Below, in pieces: positions 38,562-53,379 of a stretch of DNA of 64,000 nucleotides. The stretch lies in contig CM120646.1 of assembly GCA_051362555.1 (NCBI GenBank), positions 16,492,001-16,556,000 of the forward strand, given 5' to 3'. Every line of letters starts with the position of its first letter. Positions within the stretch are counted from its first letter, which is position 1. This DNA comes from Lingula anatina. Lineage: Eukaryota; Animalia; Brachiopoda. Made by a program: the position numbers and the translations under genes. The notes under the pieces are model-generated. The model was not told the origin of the DNA. It searched no databases and saw only the letters and a list, made by a program, of their open reading frames with translations.

Positions 38562-41500
38562 TTTTTGGCCATTTCAAATTGCTATCACCGGTAAAAATTA
38601 AAATTAAATATTAAATTAAATATTTTACAATTAATAGGGCAATATTAGTGACTGGTGTTGATGGATCGGTGAATTAAGTCCAGGAGAGTTCCTAACTTGT
38701 TGACATTGATCTCTTTTCATAATTCTTAGGTTTACAAAGATCCAGATGTTGGGACTCGTGGTTAACTTTATAATGTCTCTTTTTTATCTATGTGGCTTCG
38801 TCCTTTTTATACTTCTTCAGAAAGAAATGATTGCACTTATATTTAATGCCAAAATGACATATTATTTCTTTTTGGTGTGCTTTTATTATTGAAAGTAAGA
38901 AATTCACAACTGTTTGATATGTAGTATGGTAAAATACTTCATAACCTTATGTTTTTTTATAAATCCACGTACGTATATTCTATAGATAGGGTGTCTACTG
39001 TTTTACATATACTTTGTCGTTTGTTTTAATAAATTATTACCATATGTGTTAGACCTGAAAATTAGAGATAAATGTTTTGCTTGGAGAATATTTTGATTAT
39101 TTTCCTGGGCTAATGTGAAATGAGTACAATGTAACTAGCATTTGAAAAGCAAATCATATCAAGTCTTAAGGGAGCCGTTATTTCAGCCAGTTAGAGCTGA
39201 AATAGAGATTGGGGTAATTTTATAAAAGTTTTAATTTGAGTTGAACTTTGTTTCAGAATAATCTCTCATCAATGTTATGTAAATTTTATAAATCAAACGA
39301 AGATAAGATTCGTATTATTTATGTTCCACATACATAGCCTCATTTATGTTCTGTCCATTCTGTACACATGTGCTATCTTATTTTTATTTGTACAAATTAT
39401 GATATATTGTGCTTAAATTTATTTGTGTTAAAAACTTTTTAATTTTTCCAAGCCCGCTTCGTGGGACATTTTATGTTGCACTGAGCACAAGAATATATTA
39501 CAACGTCTGGAGTACAATGTAGCTCCAATATTTCGTGATATTTGCTGTAAATCGCCAACCTTATCACTTTTTTCCTCACCATCAGGCACAAAACACCGGA
39601 ATATTTCGGTCGGAACTGATACACTAAAAAATTACTTGTAAATATGCTATGGAAACATATCTTTGGACACATTGATCTTACAAGTGATGTGTTGAAGTTT
39701 TGTTTCTTTTTTAAGTCAAAACATATAGTGGGGTGTTTCAGAAATAACTTTTAGAAATAAGTAATATTTGTAGCATTTGTTACGTTCTAGTTTGAAATAC
39801 ATACTGTTAACTTTCATTTTATTTGGAATTTTGGTGTTGCTTACTTCAACCCCCATTTTACTTTTCATGACCTACTGAATCAGTTTCATAACAGTTGCTG
39901 CAATATAAACCAAGTCGTTTCCAGCTTTCTGATTACATGTTTACATATTTCTTCATTTTAAGACTTTTGGTTTAAGCGTCGAAAAGAAGTTATTCATTAC
40001 TGTAACCTCAACATTCAAATAACCGTGGTTGCGGTATCGATAGTTTATTTTAATTTTATCGAGTTTACATTTTTGTAATCTATGATAATTTCCTATCACT
40101 ACGTGTAAGAGCTTGTTATTAGGGCACCATGCCATGCTAATAAAAAAAAACTTAAGGACTTACCTGTATCATTTTAGGTGTTCCCAGCACAGGTGCACCA
40201 TTCTGGTCATGGATGGCATTGTACGTGGTCAGTTTATTCCCTCCAAGCTATAAAATGAACGACCCAGGGTGCAGCATAGTTGAAAGGAGAAGATATATGA
40301 AAGGACCATAACATTGCCGTTGCACGATGATGTCTTCTTCTGCCAGGCGAGTACTAGCTTTTACCACAGCCGTTGGCTGCCGAATGCTAAAGGCTAAAGA
40401 AATAATACTGTTACCGACGTTGTGGCATTTCTTCTGTGAACATTTAACTGGACACTTAAAATGGCTGGCTAATGCTTAATGCTAAAGTAATAATGCTGTT
40501 ACGGAAGCTGTGTTTGGCGGCGTTTTTCCATGAATTATGATATCAATATATAAATTCCTTTGTGCTGTTCATTTATTTGTAATCATTCTTTTTCAGAGAC
40601 GTTTATTTTGTGTAAAGTTTGAATTTCATGCACAATAAATGTTGTTCTATAGTATATGGAAATTAATAACTTTCCAGGATATCAAAACGTTGGAGACCAA
40701 GTATCGTCAAAATAAACAGCCTGGATCGCGGAAGTGTGTCACTGGGAACTACGTGGCTTTTAGCAATTTGTCCACAATCCATGTGCACAAAAATAGGCGT
40801 AACCTAATCCACGCTGAACACAGGCACGATGCTGCTGCATTTAGGGCGGTTGTAAAGACAGAAAAGCCATTAACTGATGAAAGTTCACCTACAAATATAC
40901 ACTGGCTTTTAGATGAGTTTGTCATTTAAAAAAATAAACATTAATTTCAGTTAAATGGGTGTAGGTTTTTAAACCGTGGGAAAAGCGTGAATGGTTATTT
41001 AAGTTTTAGAGGTATAGAAAGAGACTAAAGAGTTGAGACTTTAACTATATGATCTCTAGACTGCTGTTTTTCACAGGAATGTTTAACATTGCTGCGATGT
41101 CATTGTTATCGTTTCTTTTAACGGTTTTCATTTAATCTAGATATTTCATATTTTGAAACAGTTTTAACCGATATACTGTATATTTTCTATTTATTGGGAA
41201 AATGTTTGTAAAAATAGTTAACTGGAAATTATAATGATTAAGCGTGCAAAGCAATAGATCATATTGATTTTCATTTTGCAATTACACGTCGTTACTTAAC
41301 TTTTTTTCTTCTTTGGTGCTCAACGTTTATACGACTGATTTTGTATATGTCAGTTCTAACAGGGACACATTTCTCTTTCATATTGTATATTCGCATTTTT
41401 TGTGCTTTATTGTGCATTTTCTATCATATTTTTATTTTGTTCATGTAAAGCATCTTCTTTTCCTTCTTTATTTCACAATCTCTGTTTTACTTCTTGGTGA

Positions 41501-43102
41501 ACATCATGGTCTACGCAAGCTCACATCAAAACATCTAATATTGCTCTCTAACGAACCATATTACATACTTGTGTTTTGAAACGCTACACTTTAATCTATC
41601 TTTCCCCCAAAATAAAACAAACACCAGCTAGGCATGTAATAAAAATGTTATTTCTATACTATTAAAACTGGGGTATTGATACTTTTGCATTGTATAATAT
41701 TATTATATAATATAATATAATATATAATATTATAAATTGTATAATTGTATAATACACTGTGTAAAACATATAATTCTTATGTTATAAGATTAAACTTTTC
41801 GTTTTCTACAGAAAAATAAAGCTGTACCTTAGAGAGCTTTCGGTCTCTCCGTAACCTTCTTCATTGTATTTTACTATGAGACTGAGCACTATTCACTAAT
41901 GTATTCAGTAATAGTGCTGTCTTTTATGAGCGACAATCGGCATTGGCTTTAATAGGGGGTGTCATTTTAGAAAAACTATTTATTAACTAATGGACATGGG
42001 TTTTAAAATGCGTTCAACAACACATGGACTTGGAAAGATGGGTTCTTATTCGTATATTGTGCAAAAATTACTGCACATGTTTAAGGACGCGTTAAAGAGG
42101 GCCCCTGATTCTGTGGTGCCCTGTTGTAAGGGGGTAACTATCCTTATAGATTATTATTATTATTATTATATAGTGAGATGGCAATGTTGCTTGATCATTT
42201 CAGTTGTTTTGCTCTGAAGCCGCCACCAGCTCGAGTCAAACCAATTCGTGTTAATTGATTTGATGCTAATTATAGTAATAATTTATTGAACACTTAACTT
42301 AATATTCAACAGCTCTTAAAACTACCGTCACCATACTGTGTGAGCTTAAAAAGAGACAATGTGATACAATTTAATAACGTTTCTTTTGTAAATTCTATCG
42401 TTAAAATATTCTAAAGCTTGTATTATACTGTAAACTCTCAACGTTTTGTTCTCTGTCCATGCAAAAACTGTCTACACTTGTGAATACTGCGGGACCCAAG
42501 TTACCATATATTTAAATCTTTTGTAAGTGTAATGGTTTTTCTTTCCTTATATCTTTTCGTGACGTGCTACCCCTATATGTTGATTTATCATCGAAATACA
42601 TTTGATTAGCATATATTGATAAATACAAATTATTTGCAGAATCCACTTATTTCATTAAATGTTTATTATTATTTTTCATTCTTTAAGATTTCTTTTTGTA
42701 AAGTTTGCATGCACGATTTTAAGATATTTTAAAGGTTTATTCTATAAATTCATATGCCATGTGTGACACTACCTGTTTTCCTTAAACTTTTATTGAGCCA
42801 TGCAGTTAATTATTTTTATTTGCTTGTTTGTTAATTAAGAGAACGTATAAATAAATAGGTTATTGAGAAACAAATATCCTTCAAAGTATGCTGTAATACA
42901 CGGGATGCTGTTATGTACTTGACTGAGTATCTTTTACATTGGTTGTTTTTAATTTTTATTGAATGGTCTATTCTTTATTTTTGTCACCACCTCTATCCGT
43001 GCTACATGTACGTATACAGACTAATATTTTTGTATGTATTTTTGTGTGTTTTTTTTAATTATTGTTTTTCTTTTTATCAAGAGCTTATAAAATATGTGGG
43101 TA

Positions 43103-43150
43103 TTACCTCCAATATTTCTGTGACTGTCAGTCACCATCATCAGGGAGTAA
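43103..43150 (-). ncRNA. Minimal type I hammerhead ribozyme-like motif (inverted copy)
   Basis: Exact reverse complement of 43383-43430. Confidence 0.65.
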
Positions 43151-43382
43151 ATGACTAGGGTCATTTCACCTGGAATGAAAATCCAGGTCAATTGCCCCTA
43201 ATCACTGGTCTTGTGTGGTAACTGTTACATCCTCCCCCCGGGGCTCCTCTGCATCCCTCTGGAGCACCGTGAGGCAGATAGCTAGTAGATCATATCCCCC
43301 TGTCTGTTCAGGTCTGGTTGTTTGGTCCTGATTAGGGGCAATTGACCTGGATTTTCATTCCAGGTGAAATTACCCTAGTCGT

Positions 43383-43430
43383 TTACTCCCTGATGATGGT
43401 GACTGACAGTCACAGAAATATTGGAGGTAA
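43383..43430 (+). ncRNA. Minimal type I hammerhead ribozyme-like motif
   Basis: ttactcc-CTGATGA-t-gGTGAC tgaca GTCACa-GAAA-TA-TT-ggaggtaa. The conserved core boxes are present, with stem I ttactcc/gga(g)gtaa, stem II GTGAC/GTCAC and palindromic stem III AATATT. The stem II closing pair deviates from the canonical G:C. Confidence 0.65.
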
Positions 43431-45763
43431 TACCCACATATTTTATAATCTCTTGATAAAAAGAAAAACAATAATTTAAATTGATACATACAGAGCTAAT
43501 GAAACTGTTCTCCAGATATTTTTCTGTTTTTCGAGTTTAATAAAATTATGGACACCATGTTTTGGGCGAAGAAAGCAACGGAAATAATATCAGAATATGG
43601 ATTTTTTTCTATTCAATTCACAGAGATATCAAAGGAAATTTGGCCACAGATGACAAAAGAATTTTATTCTTACGTATTCTAATGGGCTCATACAAAATAA
43701 AGTGTTTATTCTGCTTGAGTATTGAAAAAATCGTAACTTGATAGGTCCCCATGCAAAAGACTCGCACAATGCGTTTCATGAAAATATTTTTCAACCTAAC
43801 TAGGACTTCCGACTAGTCTGTCTTAAGACCAGTTTGTATAGCTGCCTACCGACAGAATAAAGCAGCAGGAATTTTGTCGCCGCATTCTCATAAAAAACGA
43901 GGGTGGCGCGAATAAGCACCATGAGCGCTTTACCTGCATAATGATACAGGGATGTTTTTATGTTGATTTAAAACTATAGTGCCGTCTGTTACTGTCTGGA
44001 AATGAAACTATATCCACTGTGGGATTATACCCTTTATGGTGCAATTGTAAGGATAAGATTATTTTTGCTAAAAGTTATATAAAAGAGAAAGGGATACTCG
44101 ACATAAATGGCAAATCAGCTGAAGAGAACTATTTTCTTCCTCTACAAACACGTGTAGGAAAGCTAAAGGATAAAGTACAATGTATAAATTACGTTACTTC
44201 ACGCTTAGCTCTTTTTCATTAAGTGTTTTGTGATTTTAGGCCAAATAAAGTCCTTTTCCCTCCATTTTTGCTGAAACTTAAATTATATCTTCAAGTTGTA
44301 AATGATTTACCATGCATGATTATCATTCATATGATTATATTTAACTGAATGTATTATTAATTCGTACTTTGTGTATTAGTCAAAGTACAAATGTCAGTAA
44401 AATGACATTTTCAACTAACAACTATATGATTCTGTTGTATTAAAAAAAAACAGGAAATTTCTGACAATAAAGAAGCCTCAGAGATTCCTCTAAATTCATG
44501 CACACATAAATGTTTACTTTTATGACTTTTCCTTTAAACTCACATTATAATTCTTAATAAATCAAAGCAATGCTAATGCTAGATTGATATTTTGAAATGG
44601 AAAATATGTGAGATCCGATCTCAGAGGGACCTTTTTACAAACATTGCGTACAGTAATTTAATTTTTTTTTTTTGTGGCAAAATAAACAATAAAGCAATGT
44701 TGAAATTCTCGTAAAATAACTTTTTTAAGATCGAAGATAAAAGTTAATTTTAAATAAATGATATAAACTTCACCAAAGATTAGTCACGAGATATTTTGAC
44801 GAACCCTTATGCATTTGGTGATTTTTATATTTCGTGAAATATTCCTATGGTCTAAAACTATCGGGGAAAATGTCTTACCAAAATATTCAGACAATAACAA
44901 AAGCTTTTACAGGGATTACTGTGATGATGAAAGTATATAGATGTATCATCAGCTTATTCTGAGAGCTATTTTAAAGCAAGTTGAAAGCATGAAATAAAAA
45001 AAAGATGATTTTGAGCGTGTATGTCAACCAACATCCACTCAAAAAATTAACTCTCTCAAATATTTCCACATTTTTATCTGAGTTTAGTAGCAGAAAGAAA
45101 TCAGTGTATATCAATGAGTATTTCATGTTTACTCCATCAATGATAGAAAGATGTTTTCCAAGTGCACTGTTGAATATTTATATTGAAACATGAAATAAAG
45201 GGCTCTTGAAGAGTCTTAATATATGCAAACAGTTTGACTTTGATAGGCACGAAATAAACAGATGCTAAATTTCAAACGCGTAAAAATGCTTCGGAAATGA
45301 ACAGCAATTTGCAAATATCAAAATTATATCACCCGATTGTGAATAGAGAATTTTTCATGCAGCGATGAATATTTCATATGTTTTATCATATTGATGTAAA
45401 AAGCAGAAGAAAAGATTCAGCTTGTTCCGCACTGTATACAATTTCCTCCGGGTAGACACGGGTGAGCCCGTAGAATGAGACTGAAAATTCCCAAAATTGG
45501 CGAAAGCAATTGCAAATTCGCTGTACTTCCCAACAGCTGAGTCCAACAAGTCTTTCGTGTGACCCTATAGACACCCCAGACCTTTAGGAGTTCGAAATTT
45601 TAGCTTTTATTTGAAATAAAAAAGTGCCATTCAAAATACAGGCGGCTGTGGTTGTGCTGCTAGGTAAATGGACATATTTTTATCATTTACTATTTCTTTG
45701 TCATGTTTTGCCACTGCGTTAAAAGAATATGAGTTTTTGTGAGCCCTCGCAAAAGTGCTAAAC

Positions 45764-45764
<1 letters not shown>

Positions 45765-45807
<43 letters not shown>
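45765..45807. repeat. (AAT)n microsatellite
   Basis: Read directly from the sequence. Confidence 0.95.
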
Positions 45808-45808
<1 letters not shown>

Positions 45809-46624
45809 TCTTTTTAACCACTGTATATAAATTACAGAATACAATTGAAACGAAATTTGTTAGACCATCTTAGGTTTAAAAAAGATAACATAATATATAC
45901 AATATTTAGTGTTTAATAACCTTACCTGTCTCTTACATCCTGACGTAGTCGCCTTGTTATTTATAGTAAACACACGTTTCTGTATATCTCAAGTAGCGAG
46001 GGTTACATGATTACAACACCACAGGCTGCCGAACCAGAGGCATCACTTTCCTGTGTAACATATGCAACCATATGAAAATGATTAAGATCTGCCCCAGCGC
46101 GGTTTACATGTATGAGTTAGTTAAAATAGTGTCTGTCATTTTTAAACTCTGAATCTGGGTCAGTTGCATATTTGTTTTTCGAAATTTACAACCTAATTTA
46201 AAATGTTTATTACCGGGCTATATATAATGAGTATTTTGATCCCGTGACAGTATCATGTGCATATATTTTTCGCATATTTACCCTTAAGAGGCAACGAGTG
46301 CCTATGTTCAGCGTAATTCTGTGTAGTCCAAGGCAGGGCGTTACACAGGTTGTCCTTTCAAATATAGAAAAGTGCTAAAATAAAATTGGTTGATTGTAAA
46401 ATAAATGTTAACTGCATATGTTTTATTTTCTACATAAAATTTTGTGACACAGGCATAAACATGACATGAGAGATGTTATATTATAGAGATTTGACATTTA
46501 TATACTTGTATGACCAATAAATGTTTCCAGAACATTATCTAATGTTTTGTAGGCAAGCGCGAATTCTAAGAACATTTTACTTCAGCCTTCTTTACTCAAT
46601 GTTAAAGCCTTCTCTGAGTCATCT

Positions 46625-46625
<1 letters not shown>

Positions 46626-46677
<52 letters not shown>
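46626..46677. repeat. poly(T) tract about 460 bp upstream of the sulfotransferase ATG
   Basis: Read directly from the sequence. Confidence 0.95.
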
Positions 46678-47136
46678 CAAATAACTTCATTTAAACGTCT
46701 TATGCATGACACGAAGTGCTAGTATCAAATGGAATGAAATAGGCTTGTATTTAAATTCAAAGATTTGCACTTTACTCCCTTGTCTAATGATATCCATGGG
46801 CACAAACACAATCATGAGAAACACCTGGTTTCGAACGCATTCACATTGCGGTAGATGGGATGCGATGTTTGATAGTTTCCTGATCAACTGGAAGGCAACT
46901 ATAAAATGTTGTCCTTCTTATCCAGTTACATGTAAAAAGTAATAAATCTCCAATAATTAAATACAAATGTGGCAAAATCATAACGAATTATATCTTCATA
47001 CCCAAAAAAGATGTTTCCAAGCATGACTTTAACATCTAAGTCTTACCAAGCACTATTTAATCAAACTGGGGTAAACCGTATGTTAGCAGTCATTAAATAG
47101 GACGCTGACCTGAGTTGGTCTGTTTGCTGAACCACT

Positions 47137-50570
<3,434 letters not shown>

Positions 50571-51589
50571 TTATTTGCTTGTGAGGTACATTGATGGTGC
50601 AGGCCGGTTAAACAGATAGATGAGGACAATTGAGGACAATGATGTACGACGAGAATTTAAAGAACGAAAGAAGTGATGATGGACAGAAAAAAGAATTTGG
50701 TTTAAATACAAAATAACTATTTTCTCTAAAGAAAATAATCGGACGCTTCACCAGCTTCTCTTGTATTGTGACCTCTGGTTCTACTCACATGTAGCTGCTT
50801 TGGGAATATTGCATTTTAGTGTGAGAGTTGTAGGTGTAATTAACATATTAAGCAATGCATGGACATCCATTTGCAATTCTTTAAATTCATCAATATGTCA
50901 CTGCATGCATTATAAAACAAATATTTCTACATTTCAAAATAACAACTCTCAAAATTTCAATTAATACAACAAATCAATACACATAGTACATGTTCCAATG
51001 TCATTAATTTCACTTTCAATCAATTACACACTAAACCCACTAAACTGTGTGTGTGGATATTCACTAAATTTCTAAGAACTAATGACAGCAAATAATGTAC
51101 AAGTACCGTGTATTACAGCTGCACTTGTGCCTTAAGTACAAGGTGAAAAAGTTTTAAGTGCACGTGTATTACAGTATGTATATCCTGTGGTTTATAAATG
51201 CCATCAAAGGTGGAAACACCCGGTAAAGGTGATACAATTCCGTAAGTGTTCATAGTTCATTGTAAAATTAAAGACGCGTCTACAAATACTGGCACCCAAA
51301 GTAAGCCATGGAAATATCTACATTGAGTACATTAACATTTGAGAACATTAAGCGCAGCAAGTAAATGAAAAGCTCTCAGTGGCGTCACCTTCAAGGGGAG
51401 CCTTTGCCGTACCTTTCACACTCAGATATATAATGTGTATTAACAAGCATAAGGCCCGGTCTTTAAACAACCTGCTGTAGAAATGTTCCATCTGCAAAAA
51501 GTCAAATAAGAAAAAAAGAAGAAAACAGAAAAACAATGAATATAGGACACTTAGAACTGCGTAGCCGTGCTGGAGGTGAAAATGGCAGT

Positions 51590-52585
51590 TTATTGGAGAA
51601 TCTGTATAATTGTGCGACTGAAGCTCTCTTTAAAAGTGTTGTGCCGACTGGCGAAGATGTACGGGTTCAAAAACATGGAGCAGAACGATGGAACATAGCA
51701 CAGCTCCACAATGGACGGTGAGATCGTGAACCATATCTGAGACACTGACAGGACAAGAAAAGGAACAGTTGACAGGAGGTAGATGGCGGTCAAAATAGAA
51801 CTGGTCATAGCCATATCTGATATAAAATGTGCCGCGAGGGGCGCATTGCGCACGTCATTGGTCATCTCGTGTTGTCTGGACAAATCGTACTGTGTATTTC
51901 TATAGAAGTGGGCACCTGGATCGTGAGGAGTATTGATGAAGTGCACTGAACTGCTCCAACGGGTGATGGGGTGTATAAAATTGCGCATGCGCCTAGCTTT
52001 AATGGTAAGATATCCATAGGAGCACGTGCATGTTATCAGAAGTACAACTAACGCAGGGACGAAGACAAACAGAAAAATATAGGGTAATATCCCTCTGAGA
52101 TCAGGCACATCTTCCCTGCTCTTACAGGATTTAACGAAGATCCCATCATCTCTGGGAAAAACGACAAAAAATATCGAAATGCTAAGTATCCAAAACAACA
52201 CTAATATCACGATTGCAGTTTTCTTTGACATACTCTGCTTCTGTCTCTGGACAGCGTGCACCCTAATAATGCTGATGGACATTAACATACATATGTTCAT
52301 GAAATTATAAGCGCCTGTTATGGCAGCGCTAAACCTGCACGAATAGTCTCTGAAGTCCCCGGGACTGATGTACCTTGTAGCAAGAAATACCGGAACGCCT
52401 ATCCCGCACGTTGTGAGGTCTGCTAAGGCCAAATTAGCGTGGAAAATGTTATGGACAGTCCGGAACTTTGGGTGAGTACGGATGATGTGTATAACGAGAG
52501 CATTTCCAGGAACGCCAAAGAAGAACGCACAAAAGGATATCGCCAGCGACACCGCTCGGATGAGGTCTTCGGCATATTGTTCCAT
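51590..52585 (-). CDS. Rhodopsin-like (class A) orphan GPCR, about 331 aa, single coding exon
   Basis: Seven hydrophobic segments. TM1 GN (GVPGNALV), TM2 NLALADL, Cys at the top of TM3, IRV at the DRY position, TM4 Trp, ECL2 Cys, TM6 STVPF, TM7 LNPYIF and helix 8 (FKESF). The ORF-track start (52639) lies upstream of a splice acceptor (tttttctgtttcag| at 52617), so the first exonic in-frame ATG is 52585 (MEQYAEDL). Confidence 0.88.
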   Translation of the reverse strand: MEQYAEDLIRAVSLAISFCAFFFGVPGNALVIHIIRTHPKFRTVHNIFHANLALADLTTCGIGVPVFLATRYISPGDFRDYSCRFSAAITGAYNFMNICMLMSISIIRVHAVQRQKQSMSKKTAIVILVLFWILSISIFFVVFPRDDGIFVKSCKSREDVPDLRGILPYIFLFVFVPALVVLLITCTCSYGYLTIKARRMRNFIHPITRWSSSVHFINTPHDPGAHFYRNTQYDLSRQHEMTNDVRNAPLAAHFISDMAMTSSILTAIYLLSTVPFLVLSVSQIWFTISPSIVELCYVPSFCSMFLNPYIFASRHNTFKESFSRTIIQILQ

Positions 52586-52986
52586 CCAGCCGGATTGTTG
52601 CACGGGGAAAGGCCTTCTGAAACAGAAAAAATAATCCATTCAACTAACGTGTTATCAAGTTATTGAGATTTTACGAATAAAATAAAAGACTAGCACATTT
52701 TTTTATTTTTAATTGAACCAGCCTCGATAAGTTAGATCGGTCAGTAAGTTTTTCTTTCATGCTTTCACTACAGAACAGAACCCTCCGATACATGTACTTC
52801 CCTTAATAGCGCTGGAATATTTTAATGATTTCAGATGAAAACAGCATCGCTATCCATTACTCATTAATGTACAGCATGCATTACTCATTAAAGGGGGCCC
52901 GATTCTAAGTATCTACACAGCCGACGCTAACGACAGTATTTCACTCAATTGTTTTATATTTGAGTTTAAAACTTTGAACAAAATAC

Positions 52987-53107
52987 CTGGAGATTTCCAG
53001 ACCCGGGTCGGGGTTCTTAAACTTGAGAGTCAGTTCCTTCTCGTATGGGCTGATCAGGCACTACGAACGTCCTATATCTGTGCTTCTTCAATGCGGGAAC
53101 CCGGTGT
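52987..53107 (-). other. Putative non-coding 5'UTR exon of the GPCR
   Basis: Minus-strand acceptor cttattcttttgcag| and donor CCAG|gtattt bound a 121-nt segment with no ATG and with stops in the GPCR frame. The next acceptor is at 52617. Confidence 0.5.
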
Positions 53108-53317
53108 CTGCAAAAGAATAAGTGTTATTTGAGAAAAGAAGCCAAAAAGGCCGTAGTTTTCAGTCAGTCATGCTAAATAAAAAAATTATCATCGTAATGC
53201 TTTTGGTTTTGATTTTACTTGAACATTCATTACTGTGAACTTTCACCATTGGGACTTTTTAAAGCATAAAAGCTATTGTATATCAGTCTGACATACAACA
53301 CTTAAAGTCTCCCAATG

Positions 53318-53379
53318 CGACTGGTGAAGATGTACAGGTTCAAAAACATGGAGCAGAACGATGGAACACGGCACATCTC
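53318..53379 (-). pseudogene. About 62-bp duplicated fragment of the GPCR TM7 coding sequence
   Basis: cgactggtgaagatgtacaggttcaaaaacatggagcagaacgatggaacacggcacatctc matches 51645-51706 with about 5 mismatches, in the same orientation. Confidence 0.85.

Larger units (their letters stand above)
43057..43476. mobile_element. Fold-back element: 148-bp inverted arms (43057-43204 / 43329-43476), each carrying a hammerhead-like motif; probable Penelope-like-element inverted pLTR remnant
   Basis: The arms are reverse complements with 3 mismatches around a 124-bp spacer. Each arm contains CTGATGA-stem-GAAATATT. Confidence 0.8.

Noticed and set aside
43205-43240. GGGGGGAGGA-TGTAAC on the minus strand, resembling an LTR polypurine tract plus TG start
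   Set aside because: No matching CA end, second LTR, PBS or gag/pol sequence was found. The inverted hammerhead architecture fits a Penelope-like origin better.
51536-51721. Plus-strand ORFs overlapping the GPCR (also 52439-52666)
   Set aside because: These are antisense shadows of the GPCR coding sequence.
52586-52639. N-terminal extension MDYFFCFRRPFPVQQSGW of the 349-aa ORF
   Set aside because: The upstream ATG lies in a polypyrimidine tract/acceptor (tttttctgtttcag), so it is probably intronic. The start was moved to 52585.
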